Positions 30,581 to 44,904 of a stretch of 64,000 bases of DNA are shown here, in pieces. Below the pieces are notes generated by a model. The model was given only the letters and a program-made list of their open reading frames with translations. It made no database searches and was not told the origin of the DNA. The DNA is taken from assembly GCF_009914755.1 (NCBI RefSeq), contig NC_060942.1; one strand, 5' to 3'. Source of the stretch: the human T2T-CHM13v2.0 reference genome, Homo sapiens. The position numbers and the translations under genes are program-made. How positions within the stretch are numbered: position 1 is the first letter of the stretch; every line of letters starts with the position of its first letter.

Positions 30581-30639
30581 AAACAGATACATTAAAGGCT
30601 CTTGATAACTTGGTTGTAAGGAGGCCACATTATAGCCAC

Positions 30640-30895
30640 GGGAGGCAGCACATTGGAGTAGCAGGCCAAGAGTGTGGGCTGAGGAGGCAGAGGGCCCAAT
30701 TTTGGAACTACTCTGACACTTATAAGCTGTGTGACCTTAGGCAGGGTGTATTCACCTCTTGTGTCAGTTTATGCATCTGTAAAAGGTGGACAGCAATATG
30801 ACTTGATTCATATGGCTACTGTGAGGATGAAATGAACAAATACATGTAGAGACCATTCAATGGTACCTGGCACATAAGCACTCAACAAACATTAC
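30640..30895 (+). mobile_element. MIR
   Basis: agctgtgtgaccttaggc..catctgtaaaagg..tgtgaggatgaaatga..cctggcacataagcactcaa. Confidence 0.85.
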
Positions 30896-30989
30896 AGGGC
30901 ACAGTGGCTCACACTTTGGGGATGCCGAGGCAGGATCCCTTGAGGCCAGGAGTTTGAGACCAGCCTGAGCAACATAGCAAGACCCTGTC

Positions 30990-31078
<89 letters not shown>

Positions 31079-31235
31079 TAGCTACATGGTGGCATGCACT
31101 TGAGGTCCCAGCTGCTCAGGAGGCTGAGGCAGACAGATTGCTCTAGCCCAAGAGCTCAAGGCTGCAGTGAGCTGTGATTGTGCCACTGCACTACAACCTG
31201 GGTGACCGAGCAAGGCCCTACCTCTAAAAATAATT
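30896..31235 (+). mobile_element. AluJ with expanded central linker
   Basis: Left and right arms separated by A34(TA)24. Confidence 0.9.
30993..31074. repeat. Compound microsatellite A34(TA)24
   Basis: Direct count: A 30993-31026, TA 31027-31074. Confidence 0.97.
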
Positions 31236-31255
31236 TTTAAAAAGTTATCAGATAT

Positions 31256-31653
<398 letters not shown>

Positions 31654-32419
31654 CTAATCTCCATTTCCATCAGCACCACATCCCGACAAATAACATTGAA
31701 AATGGAAAAGAAAAGCAAGCGAGCCCGTGCATGCCACACGTTCCTTTGCACGACTTCCACACACATTATGTGTAAGTTGCTGGGGGTCATGAAATAATGA
31801 CTACAAGTACTCTGACCTCCTTGGAGAAACGTTCTATGTAAGTACTGAGGATTATGTTACTGGAGAAATTGTATAAGGAAATGGGGCCTCCCACACTGAA
31901 GTTGAGGCATATTCCATAAACACTCTTAATACATTAAAAGAATTTACATGTTTTTTTTTTTTTCAAACAGCAACCAACTTTAAATGTTAGGAGCCAATAC
32001 AGACACTGTGACATCCAAAAATACAGGCATCTTACATTGTTTTCAGACAACCAACTAATTCTTAGAAGTGCTTTATGCATTCTCTCGGGCATGAAAAGGT
32101 GGGGAGGTGGGCAGGCAGAAATCTCCCTGTTATTTCTAAGAGCTCTGAGAAGTGATTTGGTCGCACTTACAGCAATTTTAATTCACCGCATGCCAAACTG
32201 AAAGAAAGAACAACATCACGAAACAAAATCCATCACATCTTCAAAGCTATCGAATGCACAGCCAGAAAAGAGTCATGACAGGGATGTGTCTGACCACAAT
32301 TTCAGGATTTCTAGAGAGCCTGGGTCTCAGGGAAGCAGAGCTGAGCCTGATGACAGTGCCCAGTGACACGTAGCTATGTCATACATAGGTAGAGGAAATA
32401 GTAAAATCCATCCTGAACC

Positions 32420-32570
32420 GACTGAAGCAGAAACTTTTCCCACTGCCAGCAATGAGCTGCGTGATCAAACACATGGATGAAAGCTTCCTGGACCCCCGTT
32501 TGCTCATCTGTAAATTGAAGGAGTGGACAAAGCAGAGCTCAGAGGTCCCCCCTCCCAGTTCTAAGTTTGT
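32420..32570 (+). mobile_element. MIR fragment
   Basis: gtttgctcatctgtaaattgaagga..gtcccc..ccagttctaa. Confidence 0.55.
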
Positions 32571-32719
32571 GTCACTGATTCCCTTTATCCCTAGGACCTC
32601 GCTATGCAATGCTTTCCTTTTCTCTGTCTAGCTGCGTCCCTAAAGCCGGGTCACAGACAATGCGTGAGTTTGTTGGAGCTCATGTGTAGTTCTCCAGACA
32701 CACTTCAGTGGCCTCACCA

Positions 32720-32890
32720 GGGCTCAGGACCCCTGCATACAATTGCATAGTTTTGCCCTGTACGTGGGCACCCGGCTGAGAGTGCCGAAAGGGGCCGAAA
32801 TCCAGCCTGCACTCCCTCTATCAGCCTAAAGGAAGGGATATCTTTTCCCAGTTGAAAAATAAAGCATCATACACAGTAGCTACAGCCCTA
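32720..32890. mobile_element. MER91-like hAT fossil
   Basis: ggggccgaaatccagcctgcactcc..aggaagggat..tagctacagcccta. Confidence 0.5.
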
Positions 32891-33939
32891 TCTGGAAACA
32901 CAAACCTTTTCACAAACACAGAAAATATAAAAATAAGTAAGCAAATGGTCATTTAGTCCAACATGTAAGTTTTAAGATTTAAATGCCCTTTAAATAGAGG
33001 CTGATTCCTTATAGCATCCCAATCTTCCCATTTTACACTGATCGGTCTTGCTTAGCAAGGCAAAAGAGTTTCATACTTCATTCTCGGTGTACGGTATTCC
33101 AATTCCTAAACACCAACTTTAGTTGCTCTTTTCAGAATATTCCCCCTTGTGATATTCTGGGTATGTTTGCATAGAGAGCAAAGCCTTTTTGAGCCTAAGT
33201 TTAAGCATTTGTTGTAAACAAACTACTTGGACCACACTATAAATACTGCCCAAGTTCTCAGCTTTGACATCTGTATGTGTGCTTTTTACTGCTTCCCTGA
33301 TAGAGGGATTTATAGACAGTACTGCCCACCTAAGTCAAACAGCCTGTTCCCATTTTCTGCCTCAAACAAAAGCCCAACACATTTTTTTTTCAAATATGAT
33401 ATAAAGTAATTCAAAAATACTTTCTGAAATACTTAGAAAATGTGATTCACGGAAGCAATCAGCAAGAACTCTTCTCTCATTGGAATAACTATAATTCTGT
33501 GGCCAAAAGGTCAACCACATATTTACAAATGTCCCTTTTTTTGTCCAGACATACCAATACCTGGCAGACTGTGGGACAAAGGGAAAATGTATAAATAAAT
33601 ACATCTTTGTAAACTATTTCTTCCCATGACTACTCAATGATCATGGACTGGGAGGTGTTTTTTTTTTGTTTTTGTTTTTTAAAATATGTATTTTTTTCTC
33701 CCCTTGGCCAACGCATTTTCCCTGGAGATAGTCCAACAATATAGAGCTAACATACTTCCACTGTGGAATTCATCTGGAAAATTTTGCAACTTAAGAAAAC
33801 ATCTCAGCCATCTGAGAGGCGTCTCTATGGATCTGCAGACTGGAGACCAACAACACAGTAAATATTTTTGGTCTAGCACAAAAGGAGTTTGGTAATTTGT
33901 GCAACTGAGCTTATTTATTTACAATAACTCACTGAAGAA

Positions 33940-34052
33940 GCTGGGACACTGTTCACATGCATTTGGTCTGGGGGTTAAGAATCCAGAGGGCCAAATATAC
34001 ACAGTGCCTGAGTCAGAATAGGGGTTCAATAAATATTTGTGGAACAAATGAG
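33940..34052 (+). mobile_element. L2 3' terminus
   Basis: cacagtgcctgag..ttcaataaatatttgtggaacaaatga. Confidence 0.6.
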
Positions 34053-34146
34053 TTTTGAGTCTTATATTCATTAGCTGACTGTTCTGATGCCAGACGTTTA
34101 ATTCTTGGAACTTTAACTTCCATAGTTAATGAAATGGGGTGAGAAC

Positions 34147-35070
34147 AAGTCAATCCTCATTACTCAGGTAGTTGTATTCTAGAAGGTAACCTCAAAAACT
34201 GAGTTGGCAAATACTGAGTCATTGGGGAAACACAGCGTGAGGTTCCCATAAGCCTCTGGCCACAATATTCTCAACCAATCAATATATAACCTTGTTTTAT
34301 GTATATTTCTGTTTAAAGACACCTTATTTAATAGATTCTGTTGGCCCGGCATGGTGGTTCATGCCTGTAATCCAAGCACTTTGGGAGCCCGAGGCGGGAG
34401 GATGACTTGAGGCCAGGAGTTCAAGACCAGTCTGGCCAACATGGTGAAACCCTGTCTCTACTAAAATACAAAAACTAGCGGGGCACAATGCTGCGCACCT
34501 GTAATCCCCACTACTTGGGAGGCTGAGGCAGGAGAGTCGCTTGAATCCAGGAGGTAGAAGTTGGAGTGAGCTGAGATGGCACCACTGTACTCTAGCCGGG
34601 GCAACAGAGTGAGACTCAGTCTTAAAAAAAAAAAAAAATCACTGATTGATCCATGTTGAAGTTACAACCAGCAGCATTGTAACTCATGCTTTAACAGAGC
34701 TTATCTGGCATATGCACTTTCTCACAAGGCACATCACAGCCTTCTTGCATTTAGGAGCACTAGACATGTCAGCACTGCTCTTGGGGGCCATTTTAAAACA
34801 GTGAAATCACCACCAATAACCAAAACACAAGACAGAGCTGCACAGACCGCAGAAGGGTACTTGTTTACTGTATGACAGCTGACACCAGAAGATAGTCCCA
34901 TTCTGTGACCTCAGCTGGGAACGTGCATAGTGGGACACTCATTTTTCACAGCTCTGGATGTGTCCTTGAATGACCATGAAAGTTCTGTACTGATTTGGAG
35001 ATTACACACATATTTCAGCAAGTACATCAATCTGCAAATTTACAACGTATATTACAAGGTGGATTACATT
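34147..35070. mobile_element. MER82 (TcMar-Tigger) interrupted by Alu
   Basis: gcctctggccacaatatt..ataaccttgttttatgt..ctgtttaaagacaccttatttaat; aaggcacatcacagccttcttgca. Confidence 0.82.
34343..34638 (+). mobile_element. AluS
   Basis: Dimeric Alu with A tail. Confidence 0.93.
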
Positions 35071-35502
35071 ATTTGTACTCTACAAATAGAGATCAGTTAC
35101 ACTTTGTCATTTCCTAAATATTTTTTCCCACCTCAATGCCAGCACCATGGTAGGAAGGTGACCAGAACAGACAGGTTCTTTCCTCACTGCAATAATAGCC
35201 TAGAGGGGGGAAATTACACAAATAGTCATCCAAATGTATAATTACAAAATGTGATTACTGCATGATGTAGAAGCCACAGGAATGCATTGAAGGAGGCCAT
35301 AATCTAACAGCAGGTTCAGGGAGACCATGAGAGCTAAGCCCAGTCATAAAGTGCAGGCAGGAGTTAGCCAGGTGGAGAGGAGGGCATGCTGGCAGGCAGA
35401 ATAGATGCAAATGCTCTAAAGCGAGTTTATAGGTAATTCATCCAGGTAATACATAAAAAGGTGCTTTATACATTCTAAAATCCTGTGCAAACATAAGTTT
35501 CT

Positions 35503-35598
35503 TGGTGTACACCTGTAGTCCCAGCTACTTGAGAGGCAGGAGGATGAGTTCAAGCCCGACCTGGGCAAAACATCAAGACCCTGTCTCAAAAAAATAAA
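35503..35598 (+). mobile_element. Alu monomer (FAM/FLAM-like)
   Basis: cacctgtagtcccagctacttg..gagttcaag..cctgggcaa..gaccctgtctcaaaa. Confidence 0.75.
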
Positions 35599-36021
35599 CA
35601 TATATAAGGTTCTATCACAAAGGCTCACAATAGCAAAACAAAACCTAGAGAATGACTCCAAGTTCAATGTGCTTCATTTTTTAAAAAAAGTGAAATACAA
35701 TTCAACAAATTGCTTTAACAAAGATTTACTGAATATTTCCCATGTGCTAGGCACCAGGCTTGGTGCTAGGGATAGGAAGAAGGATAAGATACTTTTCTTA
35801 CTATCATGGAGCAATTGCTGAGAGAAGAAGATCCTAATGGGAAGTAGATTGTGCACAAGCTTTCATAAAAGCAATGCCAGTCAGAGAGGAGGTAACTAGT
35901 GGTTTTTCTTTAGAGTGGTTGTGAAAAATGCACAAAGCAGGTAATATCTGAGCTTTAGTAATGAGGGTGTGAACTTCCTGGAATAGCTGGAAGGACATTC
36001 CAACAGAAGAGAGAACATCAA

Positions 36022-36136
36022 GTCAACATATGTCCTGATTTGCCTGAGACAGTGTCAGTGTTTGCCTATTTTATCAATGTGATTATGAAGAGTGCCCCTT
36101 TCATTTTTAAAATCATCCTGATTTGGATGACAAATT
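36022..36136. mobile_element. MER81-like (hAT-Blackjack)
   Basis: catatgtcctgatttgcctgagacagt..gtgcccctttcat..tcctgatttggatgacaaatt. Confidence 0.7.
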
Positions 36137-36627
36137 CTTCACTGATGCTGCAGAGTTCTGTGAGGCTGGGCCTTGAGAGCAAGGAGGATGGAAGAGATGT
36201 AGTTATGGATTGATGTCAGCGGGTAGACCAAGCCAGGAGGATGTCTCTGTAAGCAGAGTCAAGCAGAGCTGGGTACGTTTGGGGGACTGTCTCAGGAAGA
36301 TGACTTTCAGCAACATGAGAGTCAGAAGGAAGACAATTCAGAGGCTGAGACCAGAGGGCATTATTCAGGGCAAGAGATAAGCTGAGTGGCAGTAGGGATG
36401 TACAGGAGTTCCAATTCATGAGACTGTCATGAGGCAGAAGTGATGGGATTTGGTAATCAATTACATTATGAAAAGGCAGGGAAGAAGCAGATAACTCCCA
36501 AGATTCCAGTTTGGGAGGCTGGGAAGTTGGTGAAGTCACTAACCAAGATCGAAAACACAAAGGTGGAGGAGGAACAACAGCAGGAGAAATAAGTTCTGCT
36601 TCAAATGTATTGTTCATGGAGCCTGCA

Positions 36628-36973
36628 CAGCATGTTCAGGCTGCACTAACAACATACCATGAACTGGGTAACTTATAAGGAACAGAAGTTGATTTCTCAC
36701 AGTTTTGAAGACTGAGAAGTCTGCGATTAGGATGCCAGCATGATTGGGTTCTGGTGAGGACCCTCTCCCAGGTTGTGGGCTGCTGAGTTCTCGTTATATC
36801 TTCACACGGAAGGACAAGGCAGCCCTATAGGGGCTTTTATAAGGGCACAAATCCCATTCATGAGGGCTCCACCCTGATGACCTAATCACCTCCCACAGAC
36901 CCCACCTAATCCCATCACCTTAGAGGTTAGGTTTCAACATGTAAGTTTTGGGGAGACACACTCAGACCACAGC
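36628..36973 (-). mobile_element. MLT1A-like MaLR solo LTR
   Basis: ttctggtgaggaccctct..ttttataagggcacaaatcccattcatgagggctccacc..cagaccacagca. Confidence 0.88.
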
Positions 36974-37325
36974 AAAGGCCTCCAAAGAGAGAAGCGCAGC
37001 AGGTGACTGACATCAGAGAGAAAGGACAGTCCATATGTATGTGGCAACTGAGGATAAAGTAAATGGGAACAGAAGAGATTGCTATGGGAGAGAAGGGGCA
37101 TAAACAGAGGAGAGACATGCTGTGAGAATCCTGAGCATGACCCCACCTACTGCAAGACATCCACAATAAACATTCAGCCCTAAATATAAACAAAGGGCCT
37201 ACTACACATACACATTAAGTAGCTTCAACATAAACCCTTTAGTCATGTCCACTCGTAGCCCTTTAAACCAGGCTGCTGCCATTAAGCACCTCATTCTACT
37301 GAGGAACTGCTGACCCTCTACCGAT

Positions 37326-37544
37326 CTGTCTCAGGAAGATGACTTTCAGCAACATGAGAGTCAGAAGGAAGACAATTCAGAGGCTGAGACCAGAGGGCAT
37401 TATTCAGGGCAAGAGATAAGCTGAGTGGCAGTAGGGATGGCTAGAAGAGATCCAATTCATGCGACTGTCTCATTCATGGGCACTATTAATAATCACAATT
37501 ATAAAATAGGCAAATGCTGGCACTGTCTCAGGCAAATCAGGACA
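37326..37544. repeat. Composite local duplication: direct copy of 36287-36428 plus inverted copy of 36031-36097
   Basis: 114/114 identity at 37326-37439; 60/67 identity inverted at 37478-37544. Confidence 0.93.
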
Positions 37545-38646
37545 ATACTGAAGAGGTGAGCTGAGGGAGAAGTAAAGTTAAAGACTGATCAACAGGCAGA
37601 GGAGGATCCATTCTTCACCGCCCTCCCCTCTTAGGAGTTGCATTTTCTTGTGTAAGTCTGGTAGCAAAAGGCAGCTTTGACTTCAAACAGGACCCTAGTG
37701 CAATTTTTTCCTCATTGCTTGCATGGGAATAATCAGATACAAGGCCAAGGCAGCTCCAAGCGTCAGCTGGCATTCTTCTTAGTGCATGTACAACTTCCTA
37801 AAAACCTGTGTTCCCTGTCAACCAGAGTCCCCCCTGAGACAAAAGCTCACGCAAGAGGATGCAGGCAAAAGTCTGTTTATGAGCTAATAACTGCAACTTC
37901 AGGTGACAGAGAAGATTCCCTGTCTCAGCATTTTTATCCTGATTTTACTGGTTATGGTACAGAAGGTGTATTGACTTCAGCTCTGTTCATTCGCATTAAA
38001 GGCCTCCAGTGATTAACAGCCAGGCTAGATGGTTGGGAATTGTGGTAGAAGGAATCCACAGGAATTTTTTATCCCATTTAAAAATAAGTGTTGGGTAATC
38101 ATTGTTGAGTTTACTAAATGAAGCAATTTAACGGGAAAATTCTTCAGAAAGTAGGGGTACACCACATCATTTTAACCACCAATTTATCTGGCTGTTCATA
38201 TTTTATAGATCCAACTGCAACATCTCACTGCTCCCGGAAACAACTGGGTATGACTTCACTGCATGTGGACAAGAGGAAAATGTGCTTTTCTTCTGAAAGC
38301 AAAGTAAAAGCCTCTAACATCAGGAAGCACTGCACTCAACAGCAGCACTGTTTACGGCTCCGAGGTGATGGATGTACCCCAGGCCACGCTATTCCTGGGT
38401 AAGCATTTCCCACTAAAAAGCACACTGCTCACCAAGAGCAGAGCAAGTGGGTCTAGTGCGTCTGTGTTTGCTTTGCAGCTATTACTGTCAGCTGAGAAAC
38501 TTGGCTTTAACCAAGCAGGAACACTGTGTGGGCCAAGTTAATTTTTCAGTTCACACACATGTATAGAATATATCATGTACAAAACACTGTTGTGGACAAC
38601 TCTGGGAACAGGGAGTGAATGATTCAGTCTACCCACGGACAGATTC

Positions 38647-39015
38647 TATATCAGTCCGTTTTCATGCTGCTGATAAAGACATACCCGAGACTCGGCGATT
38701 TACAAAAGAAAGAGGTTTAATGGACTTACAGTTCCACATGGCTGGGGAGGCTTCATAATCACGGAAAAAGGCGAGGAGGAACAAGTCACGTCTTACATAG
38801 ATGGCAGCAGGCAAAGAGAGAGTTTGTGATAGCAAGCTCCTGTTTTTAAAACCATCAGATCTCGTGAGACTTATTCATTATCATGAGAACGGCACGGGAA
38901 AAACCCACCCCTATGATTCAATTACCTCCCACCAGATTCCTCTCATGGCACATGGGAATTGTGGGAGTTACAATTCAAGATGAGATTTGGGTGGAGACAC
39001 AGCCAAACCATATCA
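38647..39015 (-). mobile_element. THE1(B-like) MaLR solo LTR
   Basis: tgctgataaagacatacccgagact..gatgagatttgggtggagacacagccaaaccatatca; 5-bp TSD gattc/gactc. Confidence 0.95.
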
Positions 39016-39339
39016 GACTCCAATCCTGTCACAGCTGGCAAAAGCACTGACACTTCAATGGCTTGTCGGTGAAAGTTCCATTTTTGTGAAAACCAGGAGC
39101 AAATGACATTCTACATAAGGATACAGGCTGGCAGCATAAGCCAGCAACTGCAATCACCCAGGACAAAAGGCATCACTCAGGGCCTGTGGAAACTGCTGTA
39201 TCAACCATGTGGAGAGGGTTTGCTGCTACCATGAAAGTTTCAGCAAAGCTACAAGACACTTTTTTTTTGAGGTGGGGGGGTGGGGGCAGGGAACAACATT
39301 GTGAATGTATACAAGGCACATTTTTAAAGTTACAAGGAG

Positions 39340-39948
<609 letters not shown>

Positions 39949-39999
39949 GTTACAGGGTACATTTTTCTATTTCGTAAGGATTGTACACTGCAGAAAAAT

Positions 40000-40473
40000 T
40001 AGAAACTGCAGATATATTTCTCCAGGGCCAAGGAGGAAGGTTTTGTGATGGAGCTGTTTACAAAGGTGTGCACAGGGGTAAGAATGCCAACCCAGGACAT
40101 GAAGCACTGAGGGGCTGGCAACAGCAGGAAACTGCTACCCCATCACCTGAAGGGGTAAGGGGAAAGAGCCGGTGCAGGAAGGCAATGAGATGTGAGGCTA
40201 AAGTCATGAGGGACACTGACAATGACTGTGGCCCTTCCTAGAAGCACGCAGCCAATACCAACCCACCGCTCTGGAGAAAGTTGAGGAGGAAATACACCAG
40301 CCTCTCTCCCCTCATCCCCTGATCAGCTGCTGGGTGTGTCACTGGCTGTACCCAACAGAAAGCCAGATGGCACTCAGTTCATTCCACAGAGTCAGCCTAC
40401 AGAACTCAGGACACAAAGCAGGACAGGAAAGAATGGGGAGTGGGTGTAGAGTGGCAGAGAATATGCAGCACAA
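40000..40473 (-). mobile_element. LTR33-like ERVL LTR
   Basis: cccaacagaaagccagatggca..gtcagcct..gcaggacaggaaagaatggggagtgg..atgcagcaca. Confidence 0.55.
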
Positions 40474-40587
40474 GAAACAGTAATTTTCCCTGTTCACCTG
40501 CAAGAACCCCACTACCAGAAGACAGAAACTTTGACTCATGGAGTCACTGAATATTTCTGTAAAACTGGATAAAAATTTAGGTGTTAC

Positions 40588-40790
40588 GATGGACACAGGG
40601 AGAGGAACATCACACACCGGGACCTATCGAGGGGTGGGGAGCTAGGGGAGGGATAGTATTAGGAGAAATACATAAATGTAGATGACAGGTTGATGGGTGC
40701 AGCAAACCACCATGACACGTGTATACCTATGTAACAAACCTGCACATTCTGCACATGTATCCCAGAACTTAAAGTATAATTTAAAAAAAT
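40588..40790 (+). mobile_element. L1PA (PA7/8-like) 3' end
   Basis: gatgggtgcagcaaaccaccatg..cacatgtatcccagaacttaaagtataat. Confidence 0.93.
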
Positions 40791-40791
40791 T

Positions 40792-41095
40792 GGCCGGACA
40801 TGGTGGCTCATGTCTGTAATCCCAACACTTTGGGAGGCTGAGGCGGGTGGATCACAAGGTCAGGAGTTCAAGACCAGCCTGGCCAAGATGGTGAAACCCA
40901 GTCTCTACTAAAAATACAAAAATTAGCCGGGCATAGTGGTGGGTGCCTGTGATCCCAGCTACTCTGGAGGCTGAAGCAGAGAATTCCTGTTACCCGGGAG
41001 GCAGAGGTTGCAGTGAGCTGAGATCACACCACTGCACTCCAGCCTGGGCGACAAAGCGAGACTCCATCTCAAAATAATAATAATAATAATAATAA
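40792..41095 (+). mobile_element. AluS with (AAT)n tail in the L1 polyA
   Basis: Full Alu; ttaggtgttac encloses L1 plus Alu. Confidence 0.94.
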
Positions 41096-41149
41096 TTAGG
41101 TGTTACATATATACATGCTTTATAAAAATGAATATATATTTCATATGTA

Positions 41150-41465
41150 ATCTGCTTTGTTCACATAATATATCATAAGCATATTTTCATCTCAGAAAAA
41201 TATTCATTGAAATAGCTTCCATTCTATGGACAGACCCAAAATTGTACTCTTATCATTGCACATTTAGGTTTTGTTCAGTTTATATTAAAAACAAAAGTGA
41301 GATTAAGCAGCCTCAAATGATGCCTCTTTGCACATCCTTAATTTCCCTAGGATAAATTTCTAGACATGGATTTCTCACATGGCTAAGGCTGCCTCTGTGC
41401 AAAGTTAGTTTACTGGGCACTTTGTAAGTGCGATATGTCCAACATTGTGCTGGATGATGGTTTTC
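41150..41465 (-). mobile_element. L1ME-like fragment
   Basis: catttaggttttgttcagtt..atttccctaggataaatttctaga. Confidence 0.5.
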
Positions 41466-41470
41466 CATAA

Positions 41471-41792
<322 letters not shown>

Positions 41793-42399
41793 AACATAAG
41801 TCACTTATAAAGATGAAGTATTGCCTTTTTAGCTACACTTATTTTCCAATATGGTATCACCAGTATCCTCCGCCAGCCTTCCCCTCTAGCTCCCATAACC
41901 CCTCACAGATATTGTTTATAAACATTAAAAGACTTGGACAATATTCCTGAATAACAAGGCTCCATGCTAGCTATGCCCCGCTACAGGCTGATACTGCCTG
42001 TGTCTAACCTACTCCCACCAGCCATCTCGTTTTCCTTTCCCTGGAAAGAGGGTTCTGACCAACAGCTCCTTGGCTTCCTCCTTGAATCAATAGGACATCC
42101 TGGCTGTGACCACAGCACTGGAAGGTGAGGTACAGGGAATATCTGTGGCTGAGAGGAAAGTTGGAGTCAAGAGAGTCACTACTGGGGAACACATGGACAT
42201 TGCTCCTCAGGGCCCATGTGCACCTACGTGGCTCCAGGCTGTCCCTGTGGCTGCAAGAAAGCTGCTTTCAAGCCCAGGTCTCCAGGCTTAGACTGGAGGA
42301 ACACCCGCGGTGCCCTTGTGCTCTCAACCCGGACATCATGAAGTGCTGGAGATGACTTCAGGTTCCCTCACATCTCTCCCCGAACTTCCGGAGGGGCAC

Positions 42400-42605
42400 T
42401 GGAGTTAGGGTGGTACAATGAGAAGTACCTGAACATGGGGTCAGGCCCACCTTTCAGCTGCAGGACCTAGGATAGATTAACTATATCTGGCTTGCATTTC
42501 CATGGGAAATAATTACTAACGCCATGGGGTTGTTGTGTAAATGTACCCAGCACAGTGTGTAGCACAGAATAGGCACTCAAAAAAATTGCATCCATGATGA
42601 TTACT
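42400..42605 (+). mobile_element. MIR fragment
   Basis: catggggttgttgtg..cagcacagtgtgtagcacagaataggcactcaa. Confidence 0.55.
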
Positions 42606-43322
42606 GATGCTACATTTGTCTGAATATTTGGCTGCTACGAAGTAACAGTGACTTCAGATAGATGTTTTTCTCGTGTAAACAGCACAGGGCTGATGCAATC
42701 ATGGACCTCTGCTTCTTGCCTTTCCATCTTCAACATGTGCTTCTATTTTAGTTCCCATAGCATGTCTGTTTCAGAAAGCAGGAGGGGGTGGGGGAAGGGT
42801 GGAAGAGAAGCCTTATTTTGCCTTATTACATAAGTGGCAAAACTCAGAAGTAAAACTTCTGAGTGAAAATTATAATAAAAGTGAAAAATTATAATAAAAA
42901 CTTGTGGTTTTCATTACAATTTTTTTATCCCACAAACTAAAGAAATGGACACTCTTGCAGGAATGATTTGGGGAAGAAAAGTCAATATATAAATGGTTAA
43001 CTAATTCATTCCTCTTCAAGGTGGGAGAAGGAATAAGAAAGTGGGATGGCAAATGTCTGAGAAGAGGCGTGGGCTTAGGATCAACAGGATGTTCCTAAGG
43101 GAAGGCATGTGAGCCTGGAAACATGACCAGCTTCTTTCATAATGAGGATTTGTCTCATGGTCATGCATGCGTGTGCCCAGTAATAGGACGGCCCATTGCT
43201 TATACAACTCCTGCCATGTAACCACCTCCATATGAAAGTTTCAAAGTGGACCGGTCTATCTCTTCCTTAGCAAGTGATTCTATATCTTACACCAAGGAAT
43301 CCATTATCCTAAATAATTTTCA

Positions 43323-43618
<296 letters not shown>

Positions 43619-43834
43619 AATTTTCAATCCTATCACTCCATCGTACAAGGCATTTTAGAAGTTCATCAAAATCTAAACCCATGATTGACGTTCAAAGCTA
43701 TGCCACAACTTGGCCTCAAGCAAAGCTCGGCAAAGGACAGTTGAATATACTTTAATGATCATATTAAGGGAGACTTAAGTATCACTGGGTTTGGGGAAAG
43801 GGAGGCAGTAGCTGCTGACAGGTCCTGAACGCTA

Positions 43835-44308
<474 letters not shown>

Positions 44309-44904
44309 TCAATAGGAAGAGATAAGGCAGGAGGGTGGTCACTTGGAACAACTGTGTTGAGTGAGGGATGAGGTGATACAAGCCTGAATACAAGCAGTGA
44401 AGGGAAGGGGAAAGGCATTCTCAAAGGCTGCTATTATGTGTCAGATTAGATAAAAGGATGGTGGGAAGGTTAAAAAAAAAAGGGGGGGGGTAGTCAGTAT
44501 TTACTCCTAGAGAGCAGATTTAATGAGCTAGAAAAATGCTGGCTCTAGTGGCAATAACAAGAAAGCTGGCAGGACGCTGGTTTGCAGATAACATACAGAT
44601 GACAAATTCAGCTAAGGCAAAGCCTGCAAAACCCTCAACAGGACAGAAGAAAGGATCAAGGACTTCAGCCATGGACGTGGAGACTGTCCATTCACATAGA
44701 ATTCTATGTGCATTAACATAGGTACAATCAGAGTAGAACTTGGGGCCACAGGCTCTAAACTATTATGAAAAGGGAATAAAATATAATAAAAATGTGGCTG
44801 GAGTAGCTGTTTGGAAAATCATAGTATCATGAGACCAGAAGCCAAGACAGAAAGAGGTCACATGAAGGAGGATCATGATCCATGGGGTGGTGGGTGGAGA
44901 CCAC

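Larger units (their letters stand above)
35695..37130 (-). mobile_element. L2 LINE interrupted by MER81 and MLT1A
   Basis: ttcaacaaat..tttactgaatattt..atgtgctaggcac; taactcccaagattccagtttg. Confidence 0.7.

Noticed and set aside
37140-37300. A/C-rich stretch suggestive of a NUMT
   Set aside because: No recognisable mitochondrial gene or D-loop motif; composition alone is insufficient.
37307-37327. ctgctgaccctctaccgatct resembles the Illumina PE adapter end (CTGCTGAACCGCTCTTCCGATCT) right at the duplication start
   Set aside because: It needs 1 mismatch and 2 gaps. The inverted copy also appears to keep ancestral MER81 bases absent from the upstream copy (recalled consensus), which favours a real old duplication. 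Raw reads should still be checked.
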